Assembly (NCBI GenBank): GCA_034520945.1
Contig: JAXHNB010000006.1
Location: 96,001-160,000, forward strand
Direction of reading: 5' to 3'
Length of the DNA stretch: 64,000 nucleotides
Source: Trueperaceae bacterium
Lineage (GTDB): Bacteria > Deinococcota > Deinococci > Deinococcales > Trueperaceae
The notes under the pieces were generated by a model. It was not told the origin of the DNA. It was given only the letters and a program-made list of their open reading frames with translations, and did not search any database. A program made the position numbers and the translations under genes. Within the stretch, counting starts at the first letter, position 1, and every line of letters begins with the position of its first letter. Of the stretch, positions 1 to 11,681 are shown piece after piece.

Positions 1-102
1 GAGCTCACGGTGGCGATCGATCCCGCCAGCGTCTACCTGTTCGACGCAGGCAGCGGCGACCTGGTTCGCACCTCCGACAGGAGCCGGCGCGATCATGGCT
101 AG
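1..102 (+). CDS. 3' end of ABC transporter ATP-binding subunit (partial; first ATPase of glycerol-type ABC operon)
   Basis: Frame 1 reads ELTVAIDPASVYLFDAGSGDLVRTS...HG*. This is a typical C-terminal OB/TOBE tail of sugar ABC ATPases, and its stop overlaps the next ATPase start. Confidence 0.65.
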   Translation, partial: ELTVAIDPASVYLFDAGSGDLVRTSDRSRRDHG

Positions 103-1177
103 GCTCGAGCTTCAGGGCGTGTCGCACGCCTACGTCGAAGGCGACTACGCGGTGCGCGACATCGACCTCACCTGGGAGGAGGGCGTGGCCAGCGCGCTGC
201 TGGGGCCGTCGGGCAGCGGCAAGACCACCGTGCTCAAGATCATCTCGGGCCTGTTGCGACCCAGCGAGGGGCGCGTGCTGCTGGACGGCGTCGACGTCAC
301 CGACCGTTCGCCCCAGGAACGCAACGTCGCGCAGGTGTTCCAGTTCCCCGTGGTGTACGAGACGCTCACCGTGTTCGACAACCTGGCGTTCCCGTTGCGG
401 AATCAGGGCCAGCGGGGCAGCGCCGTGCGCAAGCGCGTGCACGAGGTGGCCGAGATCCTCGGCCTGGAGGACGTCCTGCGGCGGAACGCCAACCGCCTGG
501 GCGCCGCCGAGCAGCAGCGGGTGTCGTTGGGCCGCGGCATCGTCCGCAGCGACATCAGCGCCGTGTTGCTGGACGAACCGTTGACCGTCATCGACCCGCA
601 GGAGAAGTGGCGCCTGCGTCGGCAGCTCCGGGCGCTGCACGGCCGCACCGGCATGACCATGATCTACGTCACCCACGATCAGCAGGAGGCGCTCACCTTC
701 GCCGACCAGGTGACGGTGATGGACGTCGGCCGGGCGGTGCAGACCGGCAGCCCGCAGGACCTCCACGAGCGGCCGGCGGATCCGTTCGTCGGCTACTTCA
801 TCGGCAGTCCCGGCATGAACCTGTTCGACGCCCAGCTGGGCGAGGACGGGCTGCACGTGGGCGGCGTTCGCCTGCCGCTGGACGCGGAGGGCCGCGAACG
901 GCTGGCACCGAACCGTGAGGCGCTGCAGGTGGGCATCCGCCCCGAGTTCGTCGATGCCCGCCCTCAGCGCTTCGACGGCGCCCTCGAGGGTGTGATCGAT
1001 GCTGTCGACATGACCGGCCACGCGTTGATCGCGCACGTGTCCGGCGCGGACCTGACCTTCAAGGCCAAGCTGCCCGAGGACGCGGCCGTGCGGGCGGGCG
1101 ACGAGGTCTGGTTCGCCTTCCCGCCGGCACGCGTCAACGTCTACGCCGACCGCAAACGGGTGGAGGGATTGCCGTGA
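95..1177 (+). CDS. ABC transporter ATP-binding protein (glycerol-type CUT1 importer)
   Basis: Walker A GPSGSGKT, AQVFQFPVVY Q-loop, non-canonical signature LGAAEQQRVSLGRG, Walker B LLDEPLT, YVTHDQ. Confidence 0.9.
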   Translation: MARLELQGVSHAYVEGDYAVRDIDLTWEEGVASALLGPSGSGKTTVLKIISGLLRPSEGRVLLDGVDVTDRSPQERNVAQVFQFPVVYETLTVFDNLAFPLRNQGQRGSAVRKRVHEVAEILGLEDVLRRNANRLGAAEQQRVSLGRGIVRSDISAVLLDEPLTVIDPQEKWRLRRQLRALHGRTGMTMIYVTHDQQEALTFADQVTVMDVGRAVQTGSPQDLHERPADPFVGYFIGSPGMNLFDAQLGEDGLHVGGVRLPLDAEGRERLAPNREALQVGIRPEFVDARPQRFDGALEGVIDAVDMTGHALIAHVSGADLTFKAKLPEDAAVRAGDEVWFAFPPARVNVYADRKRVEGLP

Positions 1178-2049
1178 AGCAGAAGGATCAACGCGCCTGG
1201 CTGTTCCTGATCCCCGCCTTGCTGGTGTTGTCCCTGAACGCGTTCATCCCCATCATCACGGTCATCAACTATTCGCTGCAGGACATCCTTCCGGGCCTCC
1301 CACCGGTCCATGTGGGACTCGAGAACTTCAAGGACGTGCTGCGCGATTCCAACTTCCGCGGGGCGCTCGGACGGCAGGTGGTGTTCTCCGCCGTGATTTT
1401 GTTGATCCAGGTGCCGCTCGGCATCCTGGTGGCGCTGGGGATGCCCAAGCGCAGCTGGACGGCGACCCTCGCGCTGGTCACGATCGGCTTGCCGCTGCTG
1501 ATCCCCTGGAACGTGGTCGGCATCATCTGGCGGGTGTTCACCCGCAGCGACATCGGCATCGTGCCGTACCTGTTCAGTTTCCTGAACTACGACTACAACA
1601 TTGCCAGCAACCCGATCGACGCGTACTGGACGATCGTGCTGATGGACGTGTGGCACTGGACGCCGCTGATCGCGCTGCTGTGTTACTCGGGTCTGAACGC
1701 GATCCCCGACGCCTACTACCAGGCGGCCCGCATCGACGGCGCCACGCGCTGGCGCACCTTCTGGGTGGTGACGCTGCCGCGCCTGCGCAGCGTGCTCACG
1801 ATCGGGATCCTGCTCCGGTTCATGGACTCGTTCCGCATCTTCGCCGAGATCAAGATGGTGACCGGCGGGGGGCCGGGCCGGACCACGGCCTTCGTGAGCG
1901 ACCTGCTGGTGAACCGGGCGGTGGGCGGCTTCGAGTTCGGCTACGCCTCCGCCCTGTCGCTGATCTACTTCTTCATCATCATCGTGATCAGCTACGTGTT
2001 CTTCCTGGTGCTCACCCACGCCGGTGGGCGCATGCGGCAGGAGGGGTGA
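1174..2049 (+). CDS. Carbohydrate ABC transporter permease
   Basis: Multiple TM segments and EAA loop YYQAARIDGATRW; GTGA overlap with the upstream gene. Confidence 0.9.
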   Translation: MKQKDQRAWLFLIPALLVLSLNAFIPIITVINYSLQDILPGLPPVHVGLENFKDVLRDSNFRGALGRQVVFSAVILLIQVPLGILVALGMPKRSWTATLALVTIGLPLLIPWNVVGIIWRVFTRSDIGIVPYLFSFLNYDYNIASNPIDAYWTIVLMDVWHWTPLIALLCYSGLNAIPDAYYQAARIDGATRWRTFWVVTLPRLRSVLTIGILLRFMDSFRIFAEIKMVTGGGPGRTTAFVSDLLVNRAVGGFEFGYASALSLIYFFIIIVISYVFFLVLTHAGGRMRQEG

Positions 2050-2050
2050 C

Positions 2051-2860
2051 GTGAAACGCTTCCTGAACGCACGCACCGTGGGCATGACGCTGTACTTCGT
2101 GTTCCTCGCGGCGCCGCTGGTGTGGATGCTCAGCATGTCGTTCAAGACCAGCAACGAGATTCTGCAGACCCGGAACCTGATTCCCGCCGCGGGGACGCTG
2201 GCCAACTACCGCGAGATCTTCGTCCAACCCGCCTGGCGTGAGGCATTCCTGAACTCCCTGGTTTACGTCGGCCTGAACACGGTGATCACGTTGATCGTGG
2301 CCATCCCCGCGGCGTACGCCTTCTCCCGGTACGAGTTCCGCGGCGACCGGCACCTGTTCTTCTGGCTGCTCACCAACCGCATGGCGCCCGGCGCGGTGTT
2401 CCTGCTGCCGTTCTTCCAGCTGTACTCCAACATCGGCCTGTTCGACACGCCCCTGGCCGTCGCGCTGGCGCACACCCTGTTCAGCGTGCCGCTGGCGGTG
2501 TGGATCCTGGAAGGGTTCATGTCCGGCATTCCCATGGAGATCGACGAGACGGCCTACATCGACGGCTACGCCTTCCCGCGCTTCTTCGTGCGCATCTTCA
2601 TGCCGCTGATCGGGCCCGGCATCGGCGTCGCGGCGTTCTTCTCGTTCCTGTTCTCCTGGGTCGAGCTGCTGATGGCGCGCACGCTGACCGGGACGGCGGC
2701 CAAGCCGATCGTGGTGCAGCTCAGCCGCAGCCTCGGGGCCGAGGGGTGGGACTGGGGCGTGATCGCCGCCGCGGGCGTGCTGATGATCATTCCCGGCGCC
2801 CTGCTGATCTACTTCGTGCGCAACTACCTGGCCAAGGGCTTCGCGTTGGGGAGGGTCTGA
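2051..2860 (+). CDS. Carbohydrate ABC transporter permease
   Basis: EAA-like EIDETAYIDG, TM segments, C-terminal YLAKGFALGRV; GTG start after GGAGGGG. Confidence 0.9.
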   Translation: MKRFLNARTVGMTLYFVFLAAPLVWMLSMSFKTSNEILQTRNLIPAAGTLANYREIFVQPAWREAFLNSLVYVGLNTVITLIVAIPAAYAFSRYEFRGDRHLFFWLLTNRMAPGAVFLLPFFQLYSNIGLFDTPLAVALAHTLFSVPLAVWILEGFMSGIPMEIDETAYIDGYAFPRFFVRIFMPLIGPGIGVAAFFSFLFSWVELLMARTLTGTAAKPIVVQLSRSLGAEGWDWGVIAAAGVLMIIPGALLIYFVRNYLAKGFALGRV

Positions 2861-3138
2861 TGGACCTGTCCTGGATGGAGTGGACCTGGCCGACCGCGAT
2901 CTTCCTGATCCTCCTGGCCGCGGGCCTGACCGTGATGTCGATCTGGGACATGTACGTCCCCAGCGTCAAACGCAAGGGGTTCCTGCCCATCCCGTTCACG
3001 CGGGGCGAACGGTTCTTCATCAGCATCGTCGTGTTCTTCGCGGTGATGCTGCTGTGGCTCACGTTCAGCGACGCGTCGCTGTGGTACCCGCTCGCGATCG
3101 CGCTGATCATCGACGTGATCATCGCGCGCTACGGGTAG
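2860..3138 (+). CDS. Small integral membrane protein, DUF2160-like (GlpU-like)
   Basis: MDLSWMEWTWPTAIF...RKGFLPIPFTRGERFFISI; TGATG coupling; sits between the permeases and the SBP as in glycerol ABC operons. Confidence 0.85.
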   Translation: MDLSWMEWTWPTAIFLILLAAGLTVMSIWDMYVPSVKRKGFLPIPFTRGERFFISIVVFFAVMLLWLTFSDASLWYPLAIALIIDVIIARYG

Positions 3139-3220
3139 TCATCGTCTCGTGTTTGAGAGGGGGTGATAGAAGGCCGTACACCGGCGCCTGAAGCCTCTCG
3201 ATGCGCGAAGGAGTCAATGC

Positions 3221-4945
3221 ATGAAGACACTGCGATGGTCGCTCGTCCTGGTCGCCCTGCTGTTCGGGGCCGCCCTGGCGCAGAACGACATGGACGCCCG
3301 GATGGAAGCCGCCGAACGCTGGATCGACGAGGAGTTCACCCCCAGCGTGTTCACCCGCGAAGAGCAGCTCGAGGAGATGCGCTGGTTCGCCGAGGCGTGC
3401 GAGCCGTTCCGCGGGATGGAGATCGACTCGACCGCGGAGAACATCCGCACCCACGTGTACGAGTCCGACGTCCTCACGCAAGCGTTCGAGGAGATCTGCG
3501 GGATCGAGGTCACGCACGACATCATCGGCGAAGGCGACGTCGTCGAGCGCCTGCAGACGCAGATGAACTCGGGCGAGGTCATCTACCACATCTACGTCAA
3601 CGACGCCGACCTGATCGGGACCCACCTGCGCTACGGCAGCGCCGTGAACCTGACCGACTTCATGGCGAACGAAGGCGCCGACGTCACCAACCCGCATCTC
3701 GATCTCGAAGACTGGCTCAACCCCGAGTTCGGGCAGGACTACGACGGCAACCAGCTCCAGCTGCCCGACCAGCAGTTCGCGAACCTGTACTGGTTCCGTT
3801 ACGACTGGTTCACCGATCCCGACCTGATGGCGCAGTTCGAAGAGATCTACGGCTACGAGCTGGGCGTGCCGGTGAATTGGGCCGCCTACGAGGACATCGC
3901 CGAGTTCTTCACCGATCACGTCCAAGAGATCGACGGCACCCGCGTGTACGGCCACATGGACTACGGGCGTCGCGACGTCTCGCTCGGTTGGCGCTTCACC
4001 GACGCCTGGATGTCCATCGCCGGCGTCGGCGATACCGGCCTGCCCAACGGCATCCCCGTCGACGAGTGGGGCATCCGCGTCGACCAGTGCCAGCCGGTCG
4101 GCTCCGACGTGACCCGCGGCGGCGCCATCAACGGCCCCGCGGCGTACTACGCGCTGGACAAGTACATCTACTGGCTGCAGAACTACGCGCCGCCCGAGGC
4201 CGGCTCCCTCACCTGGAGCGAGGCGGGCCCCGTGCCCTCGCAGGGCCAGATCGCGCAGCGCCCCTTCCAGTACATCACCTTCCTGTCCGATCCCGCCTTC
4301 AACGACCCCGATAGCCCCGTCACCGACGATGAAGGCAACGTGCAATGGCGCGTCGCCCCCACGCCGCACGGCAAGTACTGGGACGAAGGGATGAAGGTCG
4401 GCTACCAGGACGCCGGCTCGTGGACCATCCTGAACAGCGTCACGGGCGACGAGCGGAAGGCTGCCTGGCTGTGGGCGCAGTTCGCCAGCTCCAAGACGGT
4501 GTCGCTCAAGAAGTTCCTGGTGGGCCGCACGCCGGTGCGCCACTCGACCGTGAACGCCGACTACCTCACCGAACGCATCGACGAGTACGGCGGGCTGATC
4601 GACTTCTACCGCTCACCCCAGGAGCCGCTGTGGACCGACTCCGGCCCCAACGTGCCCGACTACCCGCGCCTGTCGCAGCTGTGGTGGCAGAACATCGCCG
4701 ACGCCATCACCGGCGAAGCCACCGTCGAGGAGGCACTGAACAGCCTCGCGCAGCAGCAGGACGAAGTCATGGGCCGGCTGGAGCGCGCGGGGATGGAGAC
4801 CTGCAGCCCGCGCCTCAACGAGCCGCGCGACCGCGAGTACTGGTTGAACCAGCCGGGCGCGCCCAAGGCCGAACGGCCCGACGAGGAACCGCAGACGGTT
4901 CCCTACGACGAGCTGCTGGCCGGCTGGCAGGAGGAAGCCGAGTAA
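3221..4945 (+). CDS. ABC transporter substrate-binding protein (glycerol-type, GlpV-like)
   Basis: Signal peptide; 574 aa; motifs QLPDQQFANLYWFRYDWF, GVPVNWAAYEDIAEFF, KVGYQDAGSWT. Confidence 0.85.
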   Translation: MKTLRWSLVLVALLFGAALAQNDMDARMEAAERWIDEEFTPSVFTREEQLEEMRWFAEACEPFRGMEIDSTAENIRTHVYESDVLTQAFEEICGIEVTHDIIGEGDVVERLQTQMNSGEVIYHIYVNDADLIGTHLRYGSAVNLTDFMANEGADVTNPHLDLEDWLNPEFGQDYDGNQLQLPDQQFANLYWFRYDWFTDPDLMAQFEEIYGYELGVPVNWAAYEDIAEFFTDHVQEIDGTRVYGHMDYGRRDVSLGWRFTDAWMSIAGVGDTGLPNGIPVDEWGIRVDQCQPVGSDVTRGGAINGPAAYYALDKYIYWLQNYAPPEAGSLTWSEAGPVPSQGQIAQRPFQYITFLSDPAFNDPDSPVTDDEGNVQWRVAPTPHGKYWDEGMKVGYQDAGSWTILNSVTGDERKAAWLWAQFASSKTVSLKKFLVGRTPVRHSTVNADYLTERIDEYGGLIDFYRSPQEPLWTDSGPNVPDYPRLSQLWWQNIADAITGEATVEEALNSLAQQQDEVMGRLERAGMETCSPRLNEPRDREYWLNQPGAPKAERPDEEPQTVPYDELLAGWQEEAE

Positions 4946-4998
4946 CGCCTTCGAAGACGCGGCGAACCTTCGCTGCAACGTCGTCCGCAAGGTCGACG

Positions 4999-5035
4999 GC
5001 GACACGCCCCGGGGCGATCCCCCGGGGCGTGTCGC
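4999..5035. terminator. Hairpin between convergent genes (probable bidirectional terminator)
   Basis: Perfect 16-bp stem GCGACACGCCCCGGGG/CCCCGGGGCGTGTCGC with 5-nt loop; no U-tract. Confidence 0.65.
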
Positions 5036-5088
5036 ATGGGCGTTGCCAGACGCGCGCCGCGCCGTAGGCGAGCGTCCGCGGGGCGGGC

Positions 5089-6231
5089 TCAGCCGCGCTG
5101 GTCCAGGGGCACGAACCGCTTGCCGCGCTCGCCCTCGTACACCAGCCGCGGCCGCATGATGCGGTTGTTCGCGTACTGCTCGAACAGATGGGCCATCCAC
5201 CCCGCGATGCGAGACACCGCGAAGATCGGCGTGTAGGTGTCCTTCTCGAAGCCCAGCATGCGGTACACCGACGCGCTGAAGAAGTCGACGTTCGGGGCGA
5301 CCTTCTTACCTCGGGCCTCCATCTCGCGGTTCATGACCCGTTCCATCTCCAGGCTCATGTCGAACCAGATCGACGCGCCCGACTCTTCGGCCAGCTGCCG
5401 GCTGACGTTCTTCAAGATCGTCGCGCGCGGGTCCATCACGTGGTACACGCGATGCCCGAAGCCCATCACGCGCCCGTTCTCGGACCCCAACGTGTCCATG
5501 ACGTAGGGCTCTACCCCTTCGACGGAGCCGATCCGTTCCAGCGCCGCCATCACCTTGGCGTTGGCGCCGCCGTGCAGCGGTCCCTTCAACGAGCCGACCG
5601 CGGCGGTGACGGCGCTGTAGACGTCGGTGAGCGACGACGCCGTCGACCGTGCCACGAAGGTGCTGGCGTTCGATCCGTGCTCGGCGTGCAGCACCAACGC
5701 CACGTCCATCACGCGCGCAGCGGCTTCGCTGGGGGCTTCGCCGTTGAGCATCCGCAAAAAGTTTTCGGCCACGCTGGCGGACGGGTCCGGCGCGACCGGC
5801 TCCTTCCCGGCCCGGATCCGCTGGAACGCGGCGACCAGCGCGGGGAACTTCGCGATCAGGCTCAGGCCGATGCGGCGCACGCTGTCGGCGTCGACCGCGT
5901 CGGGGTCGTCGTCGAACGACGCCAGCGCGCTCACGCCCGTGCGGAGGGCGTGCATCGGGTCGGTGCCGGCCGGAAGCGCGTGCAACAGGTCGAGCACCTC
6001 CGCCGGCAGCGCGAAGGCGGGCCCGACGGCCTGCCGGAACCCGTCCAGCTCCTCAGTGGTGGGGAGCTCCCCGGTCCACAACAGGTGGACGACCTCCTCG
6101 AAGCTGGCGTGGTCGGCCAACTCGCGGATGTCGTAGCCGCGATAGATGAGCTCGCCCTTGTCGCCGTCGATGGAGCAGATCTTGCTCGTGTCGACGTTCA
6201 CGCCGTCCAGGCCGCGGAAGATGGTGTCCAT
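5089..6231 (-). CDS. gltA: Citrate synthase
   Basis: LIYRGY, LHAEHGSNASTF, LKGPLHGGAN, MGFGHRVY..DPRA, PNVDFFS, RPRLVY; GGAGG RBS before the ATG at 6231. Confidence 0.93.
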   Translation of the reverse strand: MDTIFRGLDGVNVDTSKICSIDGDKGELIYRGYDIRELADHASFEEVVHLLWTGELPTTEELDGFRQAVGPAFALPAEVLDLLHALPAGTDPMHALRTGVSALASFDDDPDAVDADSVRRIGLSLIAKFPALVAAFQRIRAGKEPVAPDPSASVAENFLRMLNGEAPSEAAARVMDVALVLHAEHGSNASTFVARSTASSLTDVYSAVTAAVGSLKGPLHGGANAKVMAALERIGSVEGVEPYVMDTLGSENGRVMGFGHRVYHVMDPRATILKNVSRQLAEESGASIWFDMSLEMERVMNREMEARGKKVAPNVDFFSASVYRMLGFEKDTYTPIFAVSRIAGWMAHLFEQYANNRIMRPRLVYEGERGKRFVPLDQRG

Positions 6232-6431
6232 GGCGTCCTCCGTGTCGATGCGGAGTCGCGTGCCGAAACGGCCGCGACGGATGAGGGGTCGTCCGTCGCG
6301 CCGGACATGCGCCTGGCGCGACGGACGGCAGGGAGGTCCTGCACGATCTCGAGACAGTGTACCGGATGGCCCGCGCATGAGCGCCTGGAGCCAAATGTCC
6401 CGCCGGCCACGAGGGACGCGTTGGCGCCCGA

Positions 6432-9033
<2,602 letters not shown>

Positions 9034-9036
9034 GCG

Positions 9037-10044
9037 ATGACGCAGGCGCAGGCGCCCGAGCCCGCGGTCGCGAAGCGCACCCTCGTCCAGGCGGTGGCGG
9101 ACACGCTGCACGCCGAGATGGCGCGCGACGAGGCCGTTTTGGTCCTCGGCGAGGACGTCGCCAAGCGCGGCGGGGTGTTCCTCGCCACGAAGGGGCTGTT
9201 CGACCGCTTCGGCCCCGACCGCGTCATCGACACGCCGCTGTCCGAAGGGGCCATCATCGGCGCCGCGTTGGGGATGAGCGTTCGCGGTCTCCGGCCCGTG
9301 GCCGAGATCCAGTTCGCCGACTACGTGTTTCCGGGCTTCGACCAGCTGGTGTCCCAGGTCGCCAAGCTCCGCTACCGCTCCGGCGGGCAGTTCGCCGCAC
9401 CCCTGGTGGTGCGTTTGCCGGCGGGCGGGGGCGTCAAGGGCGGCCACCACCACTCCCAGAACCCTGAGACGCACTTCGTGCACACGGCCGGCCTGCAGGT
9501 GGTGTATCCCTCCACCCCGTCCGATACCGCCGGCATGCTCCGCACCGCCATCCGCAACGACGACCCGGTGGTGTTCCTGGAGCCCAAGCGGCTGTACCGC
9601 GCCGTCAAGGAGGACGTGCCGCAGGACGACGCGCACGTCGTGCCGTTCGGGACGGCGGCTGTGCGCCGCCGCGGTGACGACGTGGTGCTGATCAGCTACG
9701 GCGGCAGCATGGCCGAGACGGCCCGCGCCGCCGCGGCCCTGGCCGAGCAGGGGATCGAGAGCACCGTGATCGACCTCCGTTCGTTGATGCCGTGGGACCG
9801 GGACACGGTCCTGTCGGAGGTGGCGCGCGTGGGCCGTTGCGTGCTCATCAGCGAGGGCCCCTACACGCTGGGCTTCATGAGCGAGGTGGCGGCCGAGATC
9901 TCGGGCTCCGTGCTGGATTCGCTGTTGGCGCCGCCGCTGCGTGTCGCCGGCTTCGACACGCCCTACCCCTACGCGCAGGATCACGACTACCTGCCGAGCC
10001 CCCGCCGCATCCTGACCGCCGTGCAGCGGGTGCTCGACTACTGA
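9037..10044 (+). CDS. bkdA2: Branched-chain 2-oxoacid dehydrogenase E1 beta subunit
   Basis: [39 protein letters not shown]. Confidence 0.88.
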   Translation: MTQAQAPEPAVAKRTLVQAVADTLHAEMARDEAVLVLGEDVAKRGGVFLATKGLFDRFGPDRVIDTPLSEGAIIGAALGMSVRGLRPVAEIQFADYVFPGFDQLVSQVAKLRYRSGGQFAAPLVVRLPAGGGVKGGHHHSQNPETHFVHTAGLQVVYPSTPSDTAGMLRTAIRNDDPVVFLEPKRLYRAVKEDVPQDDAHVVPFGTAAVRRRGDDVVLISYGGSMAETARAAAALAEQGIESTVIDLRSLMPWDRDTVLSEVARVGRCVLISEGPYTLGFMSEVAAEISGSVLDSLLAPPLRVAGFDTPYPYAQDHDYLPSPRRILTAVQRVLDY

Positions 10045-10112
10045 CGCCAGCCCGCGGACCCCGAAGCGGCGGGCGTCACCCGCCTGGGCGGGGCCGCCCC
10101 ACGGAGGAGCCG

Positions 10113-11555
10113 ATGTCCCGTACCTTCACCATGCCCGAACTGGCCGAATCGGTGGTCGAGGGCGAGATCGTCAAGTGGCTCGTCGCCGAGGGCGAGCCGG
10201 TCCAGGAGGACCAGCCGCTGCTGGAGGTGATGACCGACAAGGTCACGGTCGAGATCCCCTCGCCCCTGGAGGGCGTGTTGGAGGCGCATCTGGCCGCGGA
10301 AGGGGACGTGGTGCGGGTGGGCGCCCCCCTGGCCCGGTTCGCGGGCGGCGGCGACGCCGAGGCCGCGCACGACGCGGGGCCGATCGAAACGCCTGTCCGC
10401 GGTGGCCGTGCCGGTGCCCCCGAGCCCGAGGCGGGGCCGGACCCCGGCGGCGGCGAAGGGCCCCGCGCCGCCGAGCCGCCGCCAGACGAGGCCGACGACG
10501 ATGCCTCGCTGACGTTGTTCACGGCCAGCAGCACCGTGGACGATGGTCCGCTCCCGCAGGTGCGCAAGCCGTCGCGTGACACGCCGTCCGCACCCGATTC
10601 GGCGGCGAGGCCCCCCACGGGCGCGGCCGGCCCTGCGGCGGCGCGGGGTCCCTACGGACGTCCCCTGGCCGTGCCGGCGGCACGCAGGCGGGCCCGCGAA
10701 CTGGGCGTATCGCTGAACGAGCTGGCCGGGTCGGGACCGCACGGCCGCATCCGCGTGGCCGACGTCGAGGAAGGGACGACGCACGTAGGCGTCGACGCCG
10801 GCGCCAACGGCGGCGGCGTTCGCAGCGCCCTACGGCCCGCGCCGGACGGGCCGGAGGAGACGCGCGAGCCGCTGCGCGGGCTCAGGCGCGTGATCGCGAA
10901 GCAGATGATGGCCAGCCACCTGGGCACCGTGCGGACCCTGCACGTGGACGAAGCGGACATGACCGCGCTGGTGGCGTTGCGCCAGCGCCTGAAGCCGTGG
11001 GCCGAGGCCCGCGGGGTGCGGCTGACCTACCTGCCGTTCGTGCTGCGCGCGGTCACGGCGGCGTTGGCGGAATACCCCACGCTGAACGCGGAGCTGGACG
11101 AGGAGCGCGACGAGGTGGTGCGCTACCGCGACGTGCACCTGTCGCTGGCGGTCAGCACCGAGCGGGGCCTGATGGTGCCGGTGATCCGCGATGCGTCGCG
11201 GCGTGGCGTGCTGGACCTGGCGGCAGAGGCGGGCCGCCTGGCGGAGGCCGCCCGCGAGGGGACGTTGGGCGGCGAGGAGGTCCGCGGCGGCACCTTCAGC
11301 GTCACCAACATCGGCGCCATCGGCGGCACCTTCAGCTTCCCGATCATCCACGCGCCCCAGGCCGCGATCCTGGGGGTGCACGCCATCAAGAAGCGCCCCG
11401 TCGTGCTTCCGGACGACACCATCGCGCCGCGCAGCATGACGTACCTGTCGCTCAGCTTCGATCACCGCCTGGTGGACGGCGCCGAGGCGGCCTCGTTCAC
11501 CAACCGCCTGATCGCGTCGTTGGAGACGCCGGAGACGTTGCTGTTGGATGGGTGA
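10113..11555 (+). CDS. bkdB: Dihydrolipoamide acyltransferase E2
   Basis: Lipoyl domain EVMTDKVTVEIPSP, E3-binding AVPAARRRARELGV..GSGPHGRI, catalytic FDHRLVDG; GGAGG RBS. Confidence 0.9.
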   Translation: MSRTFTMPELAESVVEGEIVKWLVAEGEPVQEDQPLLEVMTDKVTVEIPSPLEGVLEAHLAAEGDVVRVGAPLARFAGGGDAEAAHDAGPIETPVRGGRAGAPEPEAGPDPGGGEGPRAAEPPPDEADDDASLTLFTASSTVDDGPLPQVRKPSRDTPSAPDSAARPPTGAAGPAAARGPYGRPLAVPAARRRARELGVSLNELAGSGPHGRIRVADVEEGTTHVGVDAGANGGGVRSALRPAPDGPEETREPLRGLRRVIAKQMMASHLGTVRTLHVDEADMTALVALRQRLKPWAEARGVRLTYLPFVLRAVTAALAEYPTLNAELDEERDEVVRYRDVHLSLAVSTERGLMVPVIRDASRRGVLDLAAEAGRLAEAAREGTLGGEEVRGGTFSVTNIGAIGGTFSFPIIHAPQAAILGVHAIKKRPVVLPDDTIAPRSMTYLSLSFDHRLVDGAEAASFTNRLIASLETPETLLLDG

Positions 11556-11629
11556 GGCCGCGTCGTGCCCCGTGCGTGGCGCAGGGCGGCGCGCCACCCC
11601 TGCGGGCGCCGTGGCGGTCCGACGGGCAC

Positions 11630-11665
11630 AGGAGGAAGCCCCGCCAGATGGCGGGGCTTCCTCCT
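11630..11665. terminator. Bidirectional terminator-like hairpin
   Basis: 17-bp inverted repeat AGGAGGAAGCCCCGCCA/TGGCGGGGCTTCCTCCT between the convergent E2 and ppdK genes. Confidence 0.75.
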
Positions 11666-11681
11666 TCGAAGGGAGTCGGAC

